Assembly (NCBI GenBank): GCA_951406725.2
Contig: OX597819.1
Coordinates: forward strand, 12,152,001 to 12,216,000
Reading direction: 5' to 3'
Source of the DNA: Octopus vulgaris
Taxonomy: Eukaryota
Length of the DNA: 64,000 nucleotides
The position numbers and the translations under genes were made by a program. This document shows, piece after piece, positions 51,025-64,000 of the stretch. The notes below the pieces were generated by a model that was given only the letters and a program-made list of their open reading frames with translations, had not been told where the DNA came from and did no database searches. Each line of letters begins with the position of its first letter. Within the stretch, counting starts at the first letter, position 1.

Positions 51025-52691
51025 TCTCAGTTGAATTTTACAGTTTCCTCTTTTCATTCTGAAGATATTGGTCGTTAAAACTCTAGCGTAACATAACAGA
51101 GTTGCAGTATCCTCTGCACACAATCTTCTTTCAAATGGAAATGTCCTGAAAGAAAAATAAAATAAGTATTAGATGCTACTGACTAAAAAGTTGTGAAATG
51201 AGTAGCTATTTGTGTATGTGATTGACTATATTCTCAACAATATCTCAATCACAGATCAGCAAGTCACAACTTTTATTTATGTTGTCTGTTCCTCATCATT
51301 ATTATTTAATGTCCATTTTCAATCCTGACAAATGTCGGACAGTTTGACGGGAACCAGTAAGGCTCCATTGTCTGTTATGGCATGGTTTCTACAGCTGGAT
51401 GCCCTTTCTAATGCCAAGCACTTTACAGAGTGTATAATGCATTCTCCCCTAAGTAAACATTTCTAGAAAATGCTTTCCTCCATTTGTGGTGGGTGAGAGT
51501 GTTATTGTCTTATTTGGCAACAATAATTGACAATGCTTTCCTACATATTGCAGAGTGTGCTTCTATCACCGGTTTCAATTTTCATAAGATTCCAACTCGG
51601 CAGACTTAGATAAATAGATGTTTTCATTTAAAGTGGCCAGAAGTAGCTTCATAACAATTATACAGAATTCTTTCCATTACCACCTTTCAATGAATCCTGA
51701 GTGTATTTGGCTAAACGCTTAGTGGCATTCCATCCATCCTCACGTTCTGACAAGGGCAACTTTGCCTTTCATTCTTTTTGATCAATGAAATAAGTACCAG
51801 TTGAATACTTGCACTGATGTTAATCCACTGGTCTCTCCCCTCAAACTGCTGGCCTTGTGCCAAAATCTGAAATCATTGCTTTTTGTTATTTTGAGAAGGG
51901 AAAATATGCAGTGGCATTTGTGTGTCGCACAGATCTGGAGGCCAAGTCCCCCAAGAAATACCCATGCACAGGCTGTTATCAAACTAAGAGTGAATCAAAT
52001 GCGAAGTCACTGCACGATAGAATAGCAATTATTTCATCTTAGCTTTCACTGCTTCCACAAAACACAACATTTTTGCTTTATAATGTGGAAATATCCATTA
52101 TTCTGAAAGTTATGATCATCCAAAGTTGGGGGGAGGGATAGGAATCTGTAGTTATGCCTGAAATATATTTATATACATTAAAACATCACAGCAGTTCATT
52201 TTTTTAGTTTGGAGCTTGGGTATCTTGATTTTCTTAATATGTTTTTCGCTTTTACCTTGCTGTTGGTTGCTCAATATATCAAGTGAGGTTGGTAGCATTT
52301 ACTTGCTTTTCTAGCACTTTATTGTTATCTAAAAATCGACAGTTATCTTTGGCACAAACTTCTGCAATAGTTTAAGGACCTGTGCGGCATTTCGTAAAAT
52401 TTCCTCTCTTTCTGTCCTCTGGAATTAGGTTTTTGCGGAGAACTTATTTCCAATATTGAACTGCTGTTGTTAGTGTTTTCTATCGTATTGTTCTTTTTGA
52501 ATGACTGAGCTATTCTAATATACTAAAAGTGGCAATTCTGCATGTTTCTTTCAAATGTCTTTAGCATAAGTAACTGAGTGAAAACTCTTTCTCTTTAAAA
52601 TACATATGGGCGATACACATACACACACACACAAACATTAGCATTAACGCACACGTTTAATGGGCTCACCTACTGTGTCCCTTCATACAAA

Positions 52692-55143
52692 CACTGATCA
52701 ACAGGCAATTTTCATCAGGGATATTATATAGTGTTTCATATGTAGTTTTGTCCGCAGATTTCAAAAGTGTAACTGGTTTCCTTCTATCAGGCAGTTTTTC
52801 TGATGAGATAAGAGAGGTATAGAACTCCCATCAGCTGTATCACTACACATAAACGTCTTATACAGGTAAATTCTGACTTCTGTTTTATAACTATTTGTAT
52901 TCATTTTGCAATTTTATGTTTTCATAATCTTTTCTTTTCATAAATTTTACTTTCTGTTTAAGGTGCCAAGTCATCATCATCATCAAATTCTACTCAGGAT
53001 GTCAAGGCATTGCAAGAACAGTCCTGGTATATTTTCATATCTGTGGTTCATTTACCACCAAAGCTCAGCAACATGCCATCACAAGTGAAATCAAGATCTA
53101 CCAGTTATACTTTGGCTGCTCTCTCGGGGATCAAGATAAGAGTTGGGCCCTGCACAGCATCTGCTCAGCTTGTTCGAGTGGACTACGGGATTGGCTAAAT
53201 AAGAGGAAGAGAGCAATGCTGTTTGCAATACCTATGATATGGAGAGAGCGAAAGGATCATTTCATGGACTGTTATTTCTGCAACATTAATGTATGTGGGT
53301 TTACTGTAAAGACCAAGCATAAGATTGTGTATCCCAACTTGGAATCAGCAAAAAGACCAGTACCACACAATGATGATGATCTTCCTATTCCAATACCACC
53401 AGAAAATGGCCTTCAGATGTCTGACGGAGATGTATTTCCTGAAGAAAATATTACTGCTGTGGAAGACACCGAAGTGGATGCAGATTTCACGACTGAAAAT
53501 GAAGACGTACCACAGAAATTTTCTCAAGGAGAGTTAAATGATTTAGTTAGAGACTTGTCATTGTCGAAGGATAAAGCTGAACTATTAGCATCTCGCCTAC
53601 AAGAAGTGTCTGCTTAAGAAACATGTTTGTATTACTCATTTCACAAAGAGAAATAGGGATCTGACTTCATGCTTCTCTGTTGATGGACCACTTTGTTTCA
53701 GTAATAACACTGACGAGTTGTTTCGCTGTTTGTTCCAACTGAATGGTGCTTATTCATTGATTCATCTAAGAGAAGCCTCAAGGCAGTACTACTACACAAT
53801 AGTAATAAGAAACCATCCATTCCCATAGGACATTCAGTGCACATGAAGGAGTGTTATGAAAACATGCAAGTACTCCTCAATGTCATAAAGTATTCAAACT
53901 ACAGCTGGAAAATATGTGGAGACTCGAAGATGATTGGAATGTTGATGAGAATGCAATCTGGTTTCACAAAATATTGTTGCTTTTTATGCCTATGGGACAG
54001 TCGTGCAACTAACAAGCACTATGTGCAATCAGAGTGACTTTTGCAAAAATCATAAGAGCCAGGAGTTTCTAGCATCCAGAGTAAGCCACTTTTAAACCCA
54101 GAAAATGTTCTTCTTCCCCCTCTTCACATAAAGCTTGGCCTCATGAAACAATAGTTTCATGAATATGTGAAGGTCAAATTTTCATAAAACACCGAGGCAA
54201 AACTGAAGGACGGGATATTCATAGGTCCACAGATAAAAGAACTCCTGAAGGACAACCACTTCCTCACATCACCGGATGAGATTGAGCTTAAAGCCTGGGA
54301 ATCCTTCAAATGGCTCTGTGAAAATTTCCTAGGCAACAAGAGATCTCTAGAGTTTAGAAATGGAGTGAAATGCCTTCTAGACTCCTACGCTGCAATGGGC
54401 TGTCGGATGTGACTAAACGTCCATTTCCTTGATTCACATCTGGACTTTTTGCAGAGAACCTTGGAGCAGTGCCTGATGAGCAAGGGGAACGCTTTCATCA
54501 AGATATTGCATAGGAATGTTAGCTGACTACTGTTGGATGTTATACAGAGATGAACCTGAGACAAAATACCATAGAAAGTCCAAATCCCAAAGATTTTAAG
54601 TTATGTATTTGAGTGTATTCTAACTTATTTGTACACAATAATTTTGGCATTCTTTCAATTTGACTCGACGAGACCAAAACAAAACCTCGGTTGTTTCCGT
54701 GACAACACGACAATTCACTTCGGATATCTTCGTGACCACCGTGACAGCTGCTAAAATGGGAGAAGAAAGCTAATGGGTTGTGTGTGCGTGCTTGTTCTTG
54801 TCTCTGTGCGTGTGTGCATTAGCTTTCTTCTCCTCCTCCTCCCATTTTAGCAATTGTCACGGAAACAACCGAGGTTTTGTTTTGGTCTCGTCGAGTCAAA
54901 TCGAAAGAATGCCTAATTTTGTACAATAAAAAGTCATGAAATTATCGTATCTTGTATTCAATATACTTTATGCAGACATGCTTTACGTATCCTATAACTT
55001 AAGACAGCAGGTATCATTAACATGAAAATGTGGCCTGATAGAGGAATTCGAACTTCAGATTCGTAATCAGCATCATAAATTAACCCAGAAAAGTCTATCA
55101 GCAACTCTGATGATTAAAAACAGTTTCAGTTTGTTGACCTGTT
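52692..55143 (+). mobile_element. Near full-length decayed DNA transposon, Chapaev3-like (CMC)
   Basis: Broken transposase: MSRHCKNSP...GDQDKSWAPH...PMIWRERKDHFMDCYFC...LNDLVRDLSLSKDKAELLASRL...FIDSSKRSLKAVLLH...FTKYCCFLCLWDSRA...PPLHIKLGLMKQ...ENLGAVPDEQGERFHQDI...LADYCWML. Ends are cactgatcaacag / ttgttgacctg. The family assignment is from memory of motifs. Confidence 0.75.
54646..54913. mobile_element. Young MITE with ~60-bp near-perfect TIRs, nested in the Chapaev-like element
   Basis: ggcattctttcaatttgactcgacgagacc... / ...ggtctcgtcgagtcaaatcgaaagaatgcc, with flanking repeat taatttt(g). Confidence 0.9.
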
Positions 55144-55860
55144 TTATTAAACTTTTAAACCTTTTCGGTTATGTTTACAATATTACTCGGGAACGAAATC
55201 AAAAACAAAAACAGTGCAACGGATGGGTGGGGAAGTCTTCGGAAAATTCACAAGATCCTAGATTTTCTCTCATAACTTTTGGGAAAATGGGATTTTTCCT
55301 GCATAAAATTTTATATAAATACCTTTCAAACAGAATACACCAGGATTATAAAGAAATTTGTGAGTTAAAATGTCTTCCGAGGGGGTGAGGAGAGGACTTC
55401 GGAAAATTCAAAAGATCCGATTTTTTCTCTCGTAACTTTAAGGAAAATTAACATATTTTCAGGAAATTGTATGTGTGTGTGTATATATATAAACCTTTAA
55501 AAAAGAATGCATTACGGATGCCTAATGTACGGCAAGTCTTTTTTTTTTCGGAAAAAAAGAGGCGGGGGTAGAAACCGAAAGTATTGGAAAATGTTTTTCT
55601 TTTCTTCCATGAATGAATTGCAATCTGGGATCAATATATCCAGTGATTTTTAAGATGTATGTAAAAGATATTGTTTTAATATTATACTTTTAGTTGTTTC
55701 ACACACACACACTAACGTGGTTTTTGTAAGAATTTTGTATCTTTCTTTCTCTCTCCAGTTCAGACTCCGTTACCACCAACTTCAGCATTTTCGCTTCTTA
55801 TTCTTTAATATCGACCCCGGATGGGAGATAATTATCTGTATTTAATACATACAAACAATA

Positions 55861-56036
55861 TCTTACCTTAATACTGCCTTCTCCTGAATAACTATCCTTT
55901 GTTAACATCAATAATAAAACAAAACATGCTAAATAATTATAACTCCCGCCATGATGACCCTATTTCGGTAAATGTCTCGTGAGAAACTAAGATGGCGGTG
56001 TTATATAAATTCTATTGGTCACTTCGGGTCACGTGG
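55861..56036 (-). promoter_or_regulatory. Promoter/exon-1 module P7 (upstream of ZF7; most complete copy)
   Basis: E-box at 56028-56035, ATTGG at 56014-56018, TATA-like ttatataa at ~56001, AAGATGGCGG at 55989-55998, donor at ~55866. Confidence 0.7.
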
Positions 56037-56101
56037 GCTACTGAGTTCATTTTCTTTCCTCCTTTATACACCAAAAGAATTCCAAGTAAAATCGCTGGTT
56101 T

Positions 56102-56322
56102 CTGTATTCTGCTATCTGGGGAGAGTCATTTTTTTTTGTGCCTTATTATTTTCGTTGAGTCTTGCAACCTTTTCAATAGTTTTTCAAAATTATTGAAAAG
56201 GTTGCAAGACACAACGAAAATTTTAGGACAATAAAAATAAGAAAAAAGTGGAAATTTTACCGGTGAGTGTGTTACATAATAAGGCACAAAAAGAAAATGA
56301 CTCTCCCCAGACAACAGAATAT
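56102..56322. mobile_element. Palindromic MITE with an internal hairpin, just upstream of P7
   Basis: tattctg-tctggggagagtcatttt-tttgtgccttatta and its inverse; inner hairpin tcttgcaaccttttcaata / tattgaaaaggttgcaaga. Confidence 0.75.
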
Positions 56323-57183
56323 GCTTCAACACACGAATTCATATAAAGAATCTTGCAAACCAAATCCAAAAACGAAATCTTTTCTGTATTGCTATTGTGC
56401 TTATACAGATACACCATTTCTTGTCCGAAACCCTTAGCAGCAGTCACATTTTCAATTTTGAAAACAGAAGTACAATATATGGTAAAATTAAATTTGTGGA
56501 GATTCATCTTCATGTGAATTTATTTTATCAAAATATAGAATAACAACACAATTTATTTCTATTAAAATCAAATTGAAATCTTTGGGAAATGGGGAAAATT
56601 TACAATGGAAGTAAATCTAGTCTTTATAACCAGTTAATTGATACCATTGGAGTTTTGTTGTTCCAATTAGATTTTGAACACCTGTAGCATGTCTGTACTA
56701 GCTTTGGTTTAAAATACACACTTTTGAACACTGGATAGGCTCATCCTAGAAACAGATGAAGATCCATTTCCTTTAGTTTTTTTTGCTTGTATCACATCAG
56801 CAAATGAGCCGATGAAGTAATCTCTGTCTTTGTTCAATTTGCTAGAAATAACAGCCACATCTCCCTCACATTCTGCTCTAGCATTATAAAAATGAAGGAC
56901 ACATTAAATAATATTGTCCTATATCTTAAATAAAAATAGAGAATGGCACACTCTGGCTTGGTCAACGAAAGGCATTCATTGCAATGAATGTAAATATAGT
57001 AAAACTTAACTTAAAATATATGAAAAATATTAAGACAATTGACGAAAAATATCTACAATGGAATTCTAATTGGTAAACAAACTTTTTTATTAAAACACAG
57101 CTCGTGATGTGAAGAATCAAGCATGAAAAATCAACATATAACAATGTGCAGTACAAACAAGAGAGTTGAACCACAACATAGCA

Positions 57184-57630
57184 TGTGGTTGTCATAGTAA
57201 CAAGCTGCTAATTCCATGCTATCTGTTGATTAGCAAATATTACCCAAATTTCCCAGCTTGATTGGTAAATTATATAGTGGAGCTGCAGCCATGTTCAATT
57301 GAGTTCCTTGTCTCGCTTCTCTAAAGGACTCGCGGCATGCAATTTTGCTTTATCACATTATCGCTGGCTACTCTCACACAAGAATGTCCTGCTGCCACGT
57401 GCCCCAGCAGTATGGGACAAACCCGATGCCGTTACCTCGTGCTTTCTAGAAACACTTCTATCAAGTCTCTCTCTACATACACAAAGCACATACATTAACC
57501 GCTGCAACTCTACAGACATCTTTATAAAACATCGTACTTAGCCCGCACTGCTGTGAATAAACTTTGCTCTTCAGACAGACTTTAACTTACCTCCTGTGGA
57601 GGGTTCTTCAATAGGCTTTTGGACCCAACA
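57184..57630 (+). mobile_element. Possible solo LTR
   Basis: TG...CA ends, internal TATA-like tatata at ~57271 and AATAAA at ~57556; unique insertion in the unit. No TSD was found. Confidence 0.35.
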
Positions 57631-58276
57631 CTTCACGCATTGAGTACATATTAAATTTTATTAAACTTGAACAATATTCTTCAAGCAATGAACAATTTTC
57701 ATCAAAACAATGATATAATTTGTCGACTTGGTACTCAGCAAGAAAGGCAGTATAGAATTACTGGAAAATTCAGTTCATGTGTCTGCATCTTCAGCCAGTG
57801 GTGATTATTTACTTAGATTTCTTTAGAAAATCGTAGTACTGTGCTACAAGATACATGAAAACCATGATAATATAATCAATAGTGTCATTTCTGAATAATC
57901 ACTGTATCCTCATGACAACCATGGGGCCTCACATCAAAATGTTATAATATTGTTTGTTATACATAATGATGGTCATATTTTGTCAATTAAACACATACAT
58001 ACTGTATATTTGGTCTTCTCTTCAGATTTATCATTATTCTAGTTTCTCTCTTAAAGCTCTTTCCTCCCAGATCCTGTGACCTCTTCAGTAACTCTCTATC
58101 CCATGTCTCTTCTTATGCTTATTCCATTTTGTATTTCTCTGCTATGCATCTATATATGTGCAGCAATTTGCATCTGTATCTGGGTGTGTTCTTTGTGTGC
58201 ATGTGTATGCTTACTACATAGTGTGTACTTTGATTTTTTTCTTTTCTTATTGTATTTAGTATGTCTTTTGTGTGTA

Positions 58277-58657
58277 GGCGCAGAGTGGCTGTGTGTTAAG
58301 AAGCTTGCTTACCAACCACATGGTTCCGGGTTTAATCCCACTGCATGGCACCTTCGGTAAGTGTCTTCTACTATAGCCTCAGGCCGACCAAAGCCTTGTG
58401 AGTGGATTTGGTAGACGGAAACTGAAAGATGCCTGTCGTATATATATATATATATGTGTGTTTGTGCCTCTCTGTTTGTCCCCACAACATCGCTTGACAA
58501 CCGATGCTGGTGTGTTTAAGCTCCCGTAACTTAGCAGCTCGGCAAAAGAGACCAATAGAATAAGTACTAGGCTTACAAAGAATAAGTCCTGGGGTGGGTT
58601 TGCTCGACTAAAGGCGGTGCTCCAGCATGGCCGCAGTCAAATGACTGAAACAAGAGT
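58277..58657 (+). mobile_element. SINE family A, full length
   Basis: Similar to 11750-12150. Confidence 0.85.
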
Positions 58658-59716
58658 ATGTATTATACTGTTGGTATTTGTTTCCCTTTCTTCTCATTGT
58701 CCTTTGTCATCAGGTTGTGCAGTATGGTGGAGCAAGCCTTTATGTCCTAATTGAGCATGTTGATAGAGCACTGATGAGCTTCTCTCCTCTTTCAGCTTCC
58801 ACCACTGTGTGTAGTCATCCTGTTTCTCTTCCATACCTCACTACACCTTAAACTATATGCTACACTCCTAACTTTACAGTTTATCTGTGGATTCAGCCTA
58901 CACACTATACAGTTGCTCTCCTTACAGGTGGTTCATTCAAATGGATACGTTTTACAGATCTGGTATTTTATGGAGGTCTCTGGCATTTCTACTTCTTTAA
59001 TCCATAGATTCATCTTATCTAAGGTTTTCCCAAAAACATATGCTAGTTCACCTACAGAGGTAGCATCTACAACCATAATACTCTGGTAGTTTTAGTTATC
59101 ACACCACGAGTTAGTTGGCCTTACCTTCCTATCTTTGTCCTTTCCATGCTATTCTAGCATTTACTTGTGTAAAGGGGGCACATCCCAATTTGCATCATTC
59201 TCCATGATGGCTTTGTATTTAGTCCTGGCTCCTTTGTACCCCTTGATACTATCTCTTCAACAGCAGCCAGGTAACTGCATGCAGTGGATGGTGTTGTATG
59301 TCTCCCTAATTCTGTTGCATTGCCACTAGTAGTAGTAATAGTAACAACGGTTTTCTCACTCTAACCATATCATGATACATGTGACCTAACAAGTAACATT
59401 AAAAATGAAAAATTTACTACAATTCCCAAGAATAGACTATGCATATTATAAACAATTATAGCAATTTAATAACATTCATATACATAAATTCTTTAATACA
59501 AATATCACAACAAAATGGTTTTATAATATGCTTTCCTACAAAAGTCAGTGGTAAGGTTTATCTCCATCATTAAAAGTGCATTTATGAGTAGACAGATAAT
59601 CACTCCGAGTAAATGATTTCCCACAAATAACACAGCTGTATGGTTATTCCCCAGTATGAATACGCTTGTGTCTTATTAAACGCCTCAAGTTAGAAAATGT
59701 TTTGCCACAGATTTCA

Positions 59717-59884
<168 letters not shown>

Positions 59885-59888
59885 TTAG

Positions 59889-60998
59889 TTATGGCTTTTC
59901 CCCAGTATGAAGACGGGTATGTGTTGTTAAGCTGGACTTGAGTGAATATTTTTTTCCACATATTAAACAGCGATATGGTTTCTCTCCTGTGTGAATAAAA
60001 TTGTGTCTTTTTAAATTAGCAGTTAAAGGAAATGCTTTGCCACAGATTTCACACTGATGTGGCTTCTCCCCAGTATGAACATGATTGTGTTTCTTTAAGC
60101 TGCACCTATCAGAAAAGTCTTTTCCACAAACCTCACAGTGATATGGTTTCTCTCCTGTGTGAATTCGTTTGTGTAATGTTAAAATATATTTTTCAGGAAA
60201 AGATTTCCCACAGATTTCACAGCGGTGTCGTTTTTCCCCTGTGTGAGTACGTTTATGCCTTCTTAAGGTACCACTACTTGTAAATCCTTTCCCACATACT
60301 TCACAATGATATGGTTTCTCTCCAGTGTGAACTCGTTTGTGTACTGTTAAAGACTCTTTGACAGAAAATGCTTTATCACAGATTTCACAGTGGTAAGGTT
60401 TTGAGTGTACACCTCTGTGTCTTTCACATTCACTCAAATTAGAAAAAGCTTTCCCACAATCATCACACCTGTATGGCTTCTCCCCAGTATGAGTACGTTT
60501 ATGCCTTTTTAAATTACCAAGGTGAGAAAATGGCTTGCCACAGATTTCACAATTGAATCGCTTTTCTCCAGTGTGAATAAGTTGATGATATTGTAAACTC
60601 TTAAATATTGAAAATGCTGTGCCACAGATTTCACAGTTGTATGGTTTCTCTCCAGTGTGAACACGTTTGTGTATCTTTAGATAACCTTTATAAGAAAAGG
60701 ACTTGCCACAGATTTCACACTGAAATGGTTTCTCTCCAGTGTGAACACGTTTATGAATCTTTAAGTAACCTTTATGAGAAAATGATTTTCCACATATTTC
60801 ACAGTGAAATGGCTTCTCTCCTGTGTGCGTGCGTTTGTGTATCACTAAACTTTTTACAGAGAATGCTTTCTTGCATACTTCACAGTTGTACGACTTCTCC
60901 CCAGTATGAGTGCGCCTGTGAATAACTAAATTAGACATTGTAGTAAGTAATTTACCACAAATACCACACTTGTAACGTTTGCTCACTTTCTGAAACAT
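59889..60998 (-). CDS. ZF8: C2H2 zinc-finger protein, 13 fingers (finger 2 has a 1-aa deletion), 369 aa
   Basis: Intact ORF with finger 3 duplicated and finger 2 spacing of C-x11-H. Ends KP-TAA; acceptor at ~61108. Confidence 0.92.
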   Translation of the reverse strand: MFQKVSKRYKCGICGKLLTTMSNLVIHRRTHTGEKSYNCEVCKKAFSVKSLVIHKRTHTGEKPFHCEICGKSFSHKGYLKIHKRVHTGEKPFQCEICGKSFSYKGYLKIHKRVHTGEKPYNCEICGTAFSIFKSLQYHQLIHTGEKRFNCEICGKPFSHLGNLKRHKRTHTGEKPYRCDDCGKAFSNLSECERHRGVHSKPYHCEICDKAFSVKESLTVHKRVHTGEKPYHCEVCGKGFTSSGTLRRHKRTHTGEKRHRCEICGKSFPEKYILTLHKRIHTGEKPYHCEVCGKDFSDRCSLKKHNHVHTGEKPHQCEICGKAFPLTANLKRHNFIHTGEKPYRCLICGKKYSLKSSLTTHTRLHTGEKP

Positions 60999-62224
60999 TT
61001 TCTTTGTTAAATTTTACAGTTTTATTCTGGTTGATAAATCTCTCTACCCTAACACAGCAGACTTGCAGTATCCTCTGCAGAAAATCTTCTTTCAAATGGA
61101 AATATCTCCTGAAAGAAAAGAAAACAAATATTAGATACTAACAACCAAAAAGTTGTGAAATGAGTAGCTATTTGTGTTGTATATGATTGGGTATTCTCAA
61201 CAATATCTCAATCATAGATCAGCGAGTCACAACTTTATGTTGTCTCTGTTCAGGATTAACAGAATATTCCCTAAGTCCTCATCATTATTATTTAATATCC
61301 GTTTTTGGTCCTGGCAAGTGATGGCTAGTTTGGTAGGAACCAGCAGGGCCCCCACCAGGCTTCATTGTCTGTTCTGGCACGGTTTCTACAGCTGGACGCC
61401 CTTCCAACCACTTTACAGAGTGTATAATGCATTCTCCCCTAAATAAACATTTCTAGAAAAGAGGCTGGCCCCTTTGAATATTACAGCTACAACTCATTTT
61501 TGCCAAATGAGTCGACTGGAGCAGTACCTCGCCCAAGAACACAACGCTCTGCCGGAAATCGTACTCATGACTTAATGATCATGGGTCACATTGCTCAGAC
61601 CACCGAGTCGCGCACCTTCACTCTTAAATGTAGAGAAAAGCAGTGAAGCCATAGAGACAGGGAATGGAAAGCCTCAAACATTTACAATGACAATTAGACT
61701 GAAATACAATCCATCTTTTCTAGATTCTTTACTTTTAACAATGAAGATGAGGGAAAGACATTTAGTAATGAATAGAGGGAAAGTCTTTCAAGTGTTAATG
61801 TTTTCAGTCTGGGAGTTCTAGAAGCATCGACCGTTAGTTCTCTCTTCTCTCCTCCACACCTTCTTTGATAGTTCTTTAGGTCTTTTAGTTGGGCAGAAAG
61901 ACCATCTTTTTTTCATTTTCAGCTACGTTTAACATTTTCTCTAGAAACTACAAACTAGCCCTTTCAATGGGGTATAGCTGTGAAGCATGTCTGTCATGCA
62001 AAGTGTGAAATTAATACTGAACTGCTGTTGCTAGTGTTTTGTATCGTATTGTTCTTTTTGAACGGACTGAGCTCTTCTAATATACTAAAATTAACCATTC
62101 TGGATGTTTCAAATTTCCGCAGCTTAAGTACCGAAGTGAAAACTGACTTTCTCTTACGCATCATCCCTTCTCTCCCTTGATGCAAACTTTTCTTATTAAT
62201 CTCACCTTTATCGATATTTTTCTA

Positions 62225-62565
62225 TTTCTTTCGGTCATTTGACTGCGGCCATGCTGGATCACGGTCTTTAGTCAAACAAATCGACCACAGGATTTATTCA
62301 TTGTAAGCCTCGTACTTATTCTATCGAGCTTATTTGCCGAACCGCTACTTTATGGGTACGTAAACACCGCAGCATCGTTTGTCAAGCGAAGGGGAGGGGG
62401 ACAAACACACACATATACGACGGGCTTCTTTAAGTTTCCGTCTACCAAATTCACTCGCAAGGCTTTATTCGGCCCGAGGCCATAGTAGAAGACACTTACC
62501 AGAGGTGCCACGCAGTGGGACTGAACCCGGACCCATATGGTTTACCACACAGCCACTCCTGCGCC
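62225..62565 (-). mobile_element. SINE family A
   Basis: Reverse-complement match to 11750-12150. Confidence 0.8.
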
Positions 62566-63212
62566 TATGTTTACAATATTACCCAGAAACGAAGTCGAAA
62601 ACAAAAAAAAACAGTGCAGTGGGTGTAAAAAAAAAATCTGTAGAAAACCAATATTGAACTAGAAATGCACAGAAAGCGACGGGTGAATGAGAAGAGAACT
62701 TCGGAAAATTCACAAGATCCTAGTTTTCCTCTCATACCTTATTACAATCTGCAATCTGGGATTAACATATCCAGTGAGTTTTAAGACGTATGTAACAGAA
62801 ATTTTGTTTTAATATTATACTTTCACTTATTTCACACACACAAGCACTAACGTGGTATTTGTATATTTCCTTCTGTCTCCTGCCCAAACTTCGTTACCAA
62901 TAATTTTTATTACTTCAGCATTTTCACTTATTATTCTTTACAAACTTATTTGAATTTTCAATCTAAAACCTGTTAATTCTTTCAATGCTCTCTGGACACA
63001 AGAAAGTCTCTAATGTTTACCAGCAAATGTGAACCTGGACACACAACCATCACACCTATCCACGACAGCCAACATCACACAAACAGCAATTTACAGAAGG
63101 GAGGTTAGTTAATTGGACTGAACCATAATTAACAGAAAGACTGTTATATCAACCCAGGATGGGAAACAATTATTTGTATCCAACACATACAAACGATAGA
63201 TAAATAAATGTT

Positions 63213-63334
63213 ATCGCACCTTTATACATAGCATTAACATCAATCATAAACAACAGCTGCTAAATAATTTTAAATCCCGCCACGACGACTCTACTTCCGT
63301 AAATGAATTCTATTGGCCATATCCAGTCACGTGA
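63213..63334 (-). promoter_or_regulatory. Promoter/exon-1 module P8 (upstream of ZF8)
   Basis: E-box at 63326-63334 and ATTGG at 63312-63316. The YY1 segment is deleted and the donor is a variant (AAG/GTGCGA at ~63219). Confidence 0.55.
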
Positions 63335-63374
63335 TCTAAAGAGCGCGTAAATTGTCTTTCTTTGTTCATGTTAC

Positions 63375-63765
63375 ATAATAATAATAATGAAATTATTGTA
63401 TACGGTGCTCAGGTGCACCACAACTTGTCAGAAAGTGCATATAAAGTACATGCAGTAATGTAAAAATGTTTGGAAAGCGAACAATGTATGAGTCAGATAC
63501 ATGCCGGTGTGTGTGTATGGAGGGGAGAAAATCAGGTGTAGTGTTGGCGAATCTCAGGAAGCATGGAAGTTTTGAAGGATGCAGTGCTCCGACAACTAAC
63601 AACTGATGCCGGCAGTTTGTTCCATGCTTCAGCAACTCTCAGCGTGAAAAAATGTTTCCTGAAGTCATGGGAGCTGTGCTGTTTTCTGACTTTGTAAATA
63701 TGTCCACGGGTGTTAGATGGGTGGAGTTTGAAAAGGTGCTCAGAGTTGTTTGTACGATGGTTTGA
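63375..63765 (-). mobile_element. CR1-clade LINE 3' end, same family as 1102-1441
   Basis: Reverse-complement match to 1102-1441, including the (AAT)n tail. Confidence 0.85.
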
Positions 63766-63842
63766 CGTGAAATCGTAGGATTAAACTAGCGTTAAATATT
63801 GTGTTGATACAGATACACCAATTCTCGTCCGAAATCCTCGTG

Positions 63843-63949
63843 GGCGAACCTTCGGTATATGTAAGTACCAGATACATTTCAAAAAAGGGTTTCTGTTATC
63901 TTCAGAAATGTAAACAAAGTCACGTGTGTACATTTTCCAAAGCATCGCC
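63843..63949. mobile_element. Small MITE, same family as 23904-24071
   Basis: ggcgaaccttcgg...ccaaagcatcgcc with an imperfect 8-bp TSD (tcctcgtg/tccttggg). Confidence 0.75.
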
Positions 63950-64000
63950 TCCTTGGGAGCTGGCACGTTTTAGATTTTGGAAATAGTAGTAGAATATATT

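Overview
AT-rich eukaryotic genomic DNA. The repeat families and gene content point to an octopus (coleoid cephalopod); this is an inference, no search was run. The window is a head-to-tail tandem array of eight C2H2 zinc-finger genes on the minus strand (ZF1-ZF8, left to right). Each has one coding exon of about 12 fingers and no effector domain. The duplicated unit reads, in transcript order: promoter (E-box, CCAAT, YY1-like) > short non-coding exon 1 with AAG/GTAAGA donor > TE-filled intron > conserved acceptor > ZF ORF > shared stop > four fossil fingers > 3' flank > decayed LINE. ZF2 is frameshifted and ZF7 loses its last finger. ZF1 and ZF6 have intact ORFs but no promoter/exon-1 module of their own. 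A ~550-bp inverted repeat pair brackets the broken ZF2 exon, which could loop it out and splice the ZF2 promoter onto ZF1. Intergenic DNA holds CR1 and RTE LINE fragments, tRNA-derived SINEs, Helitrons, Merlin, Tigger and Chapaev-like transposase relics, and many MITEs. Coordinates were read by eye and TE boundaries are approximate.
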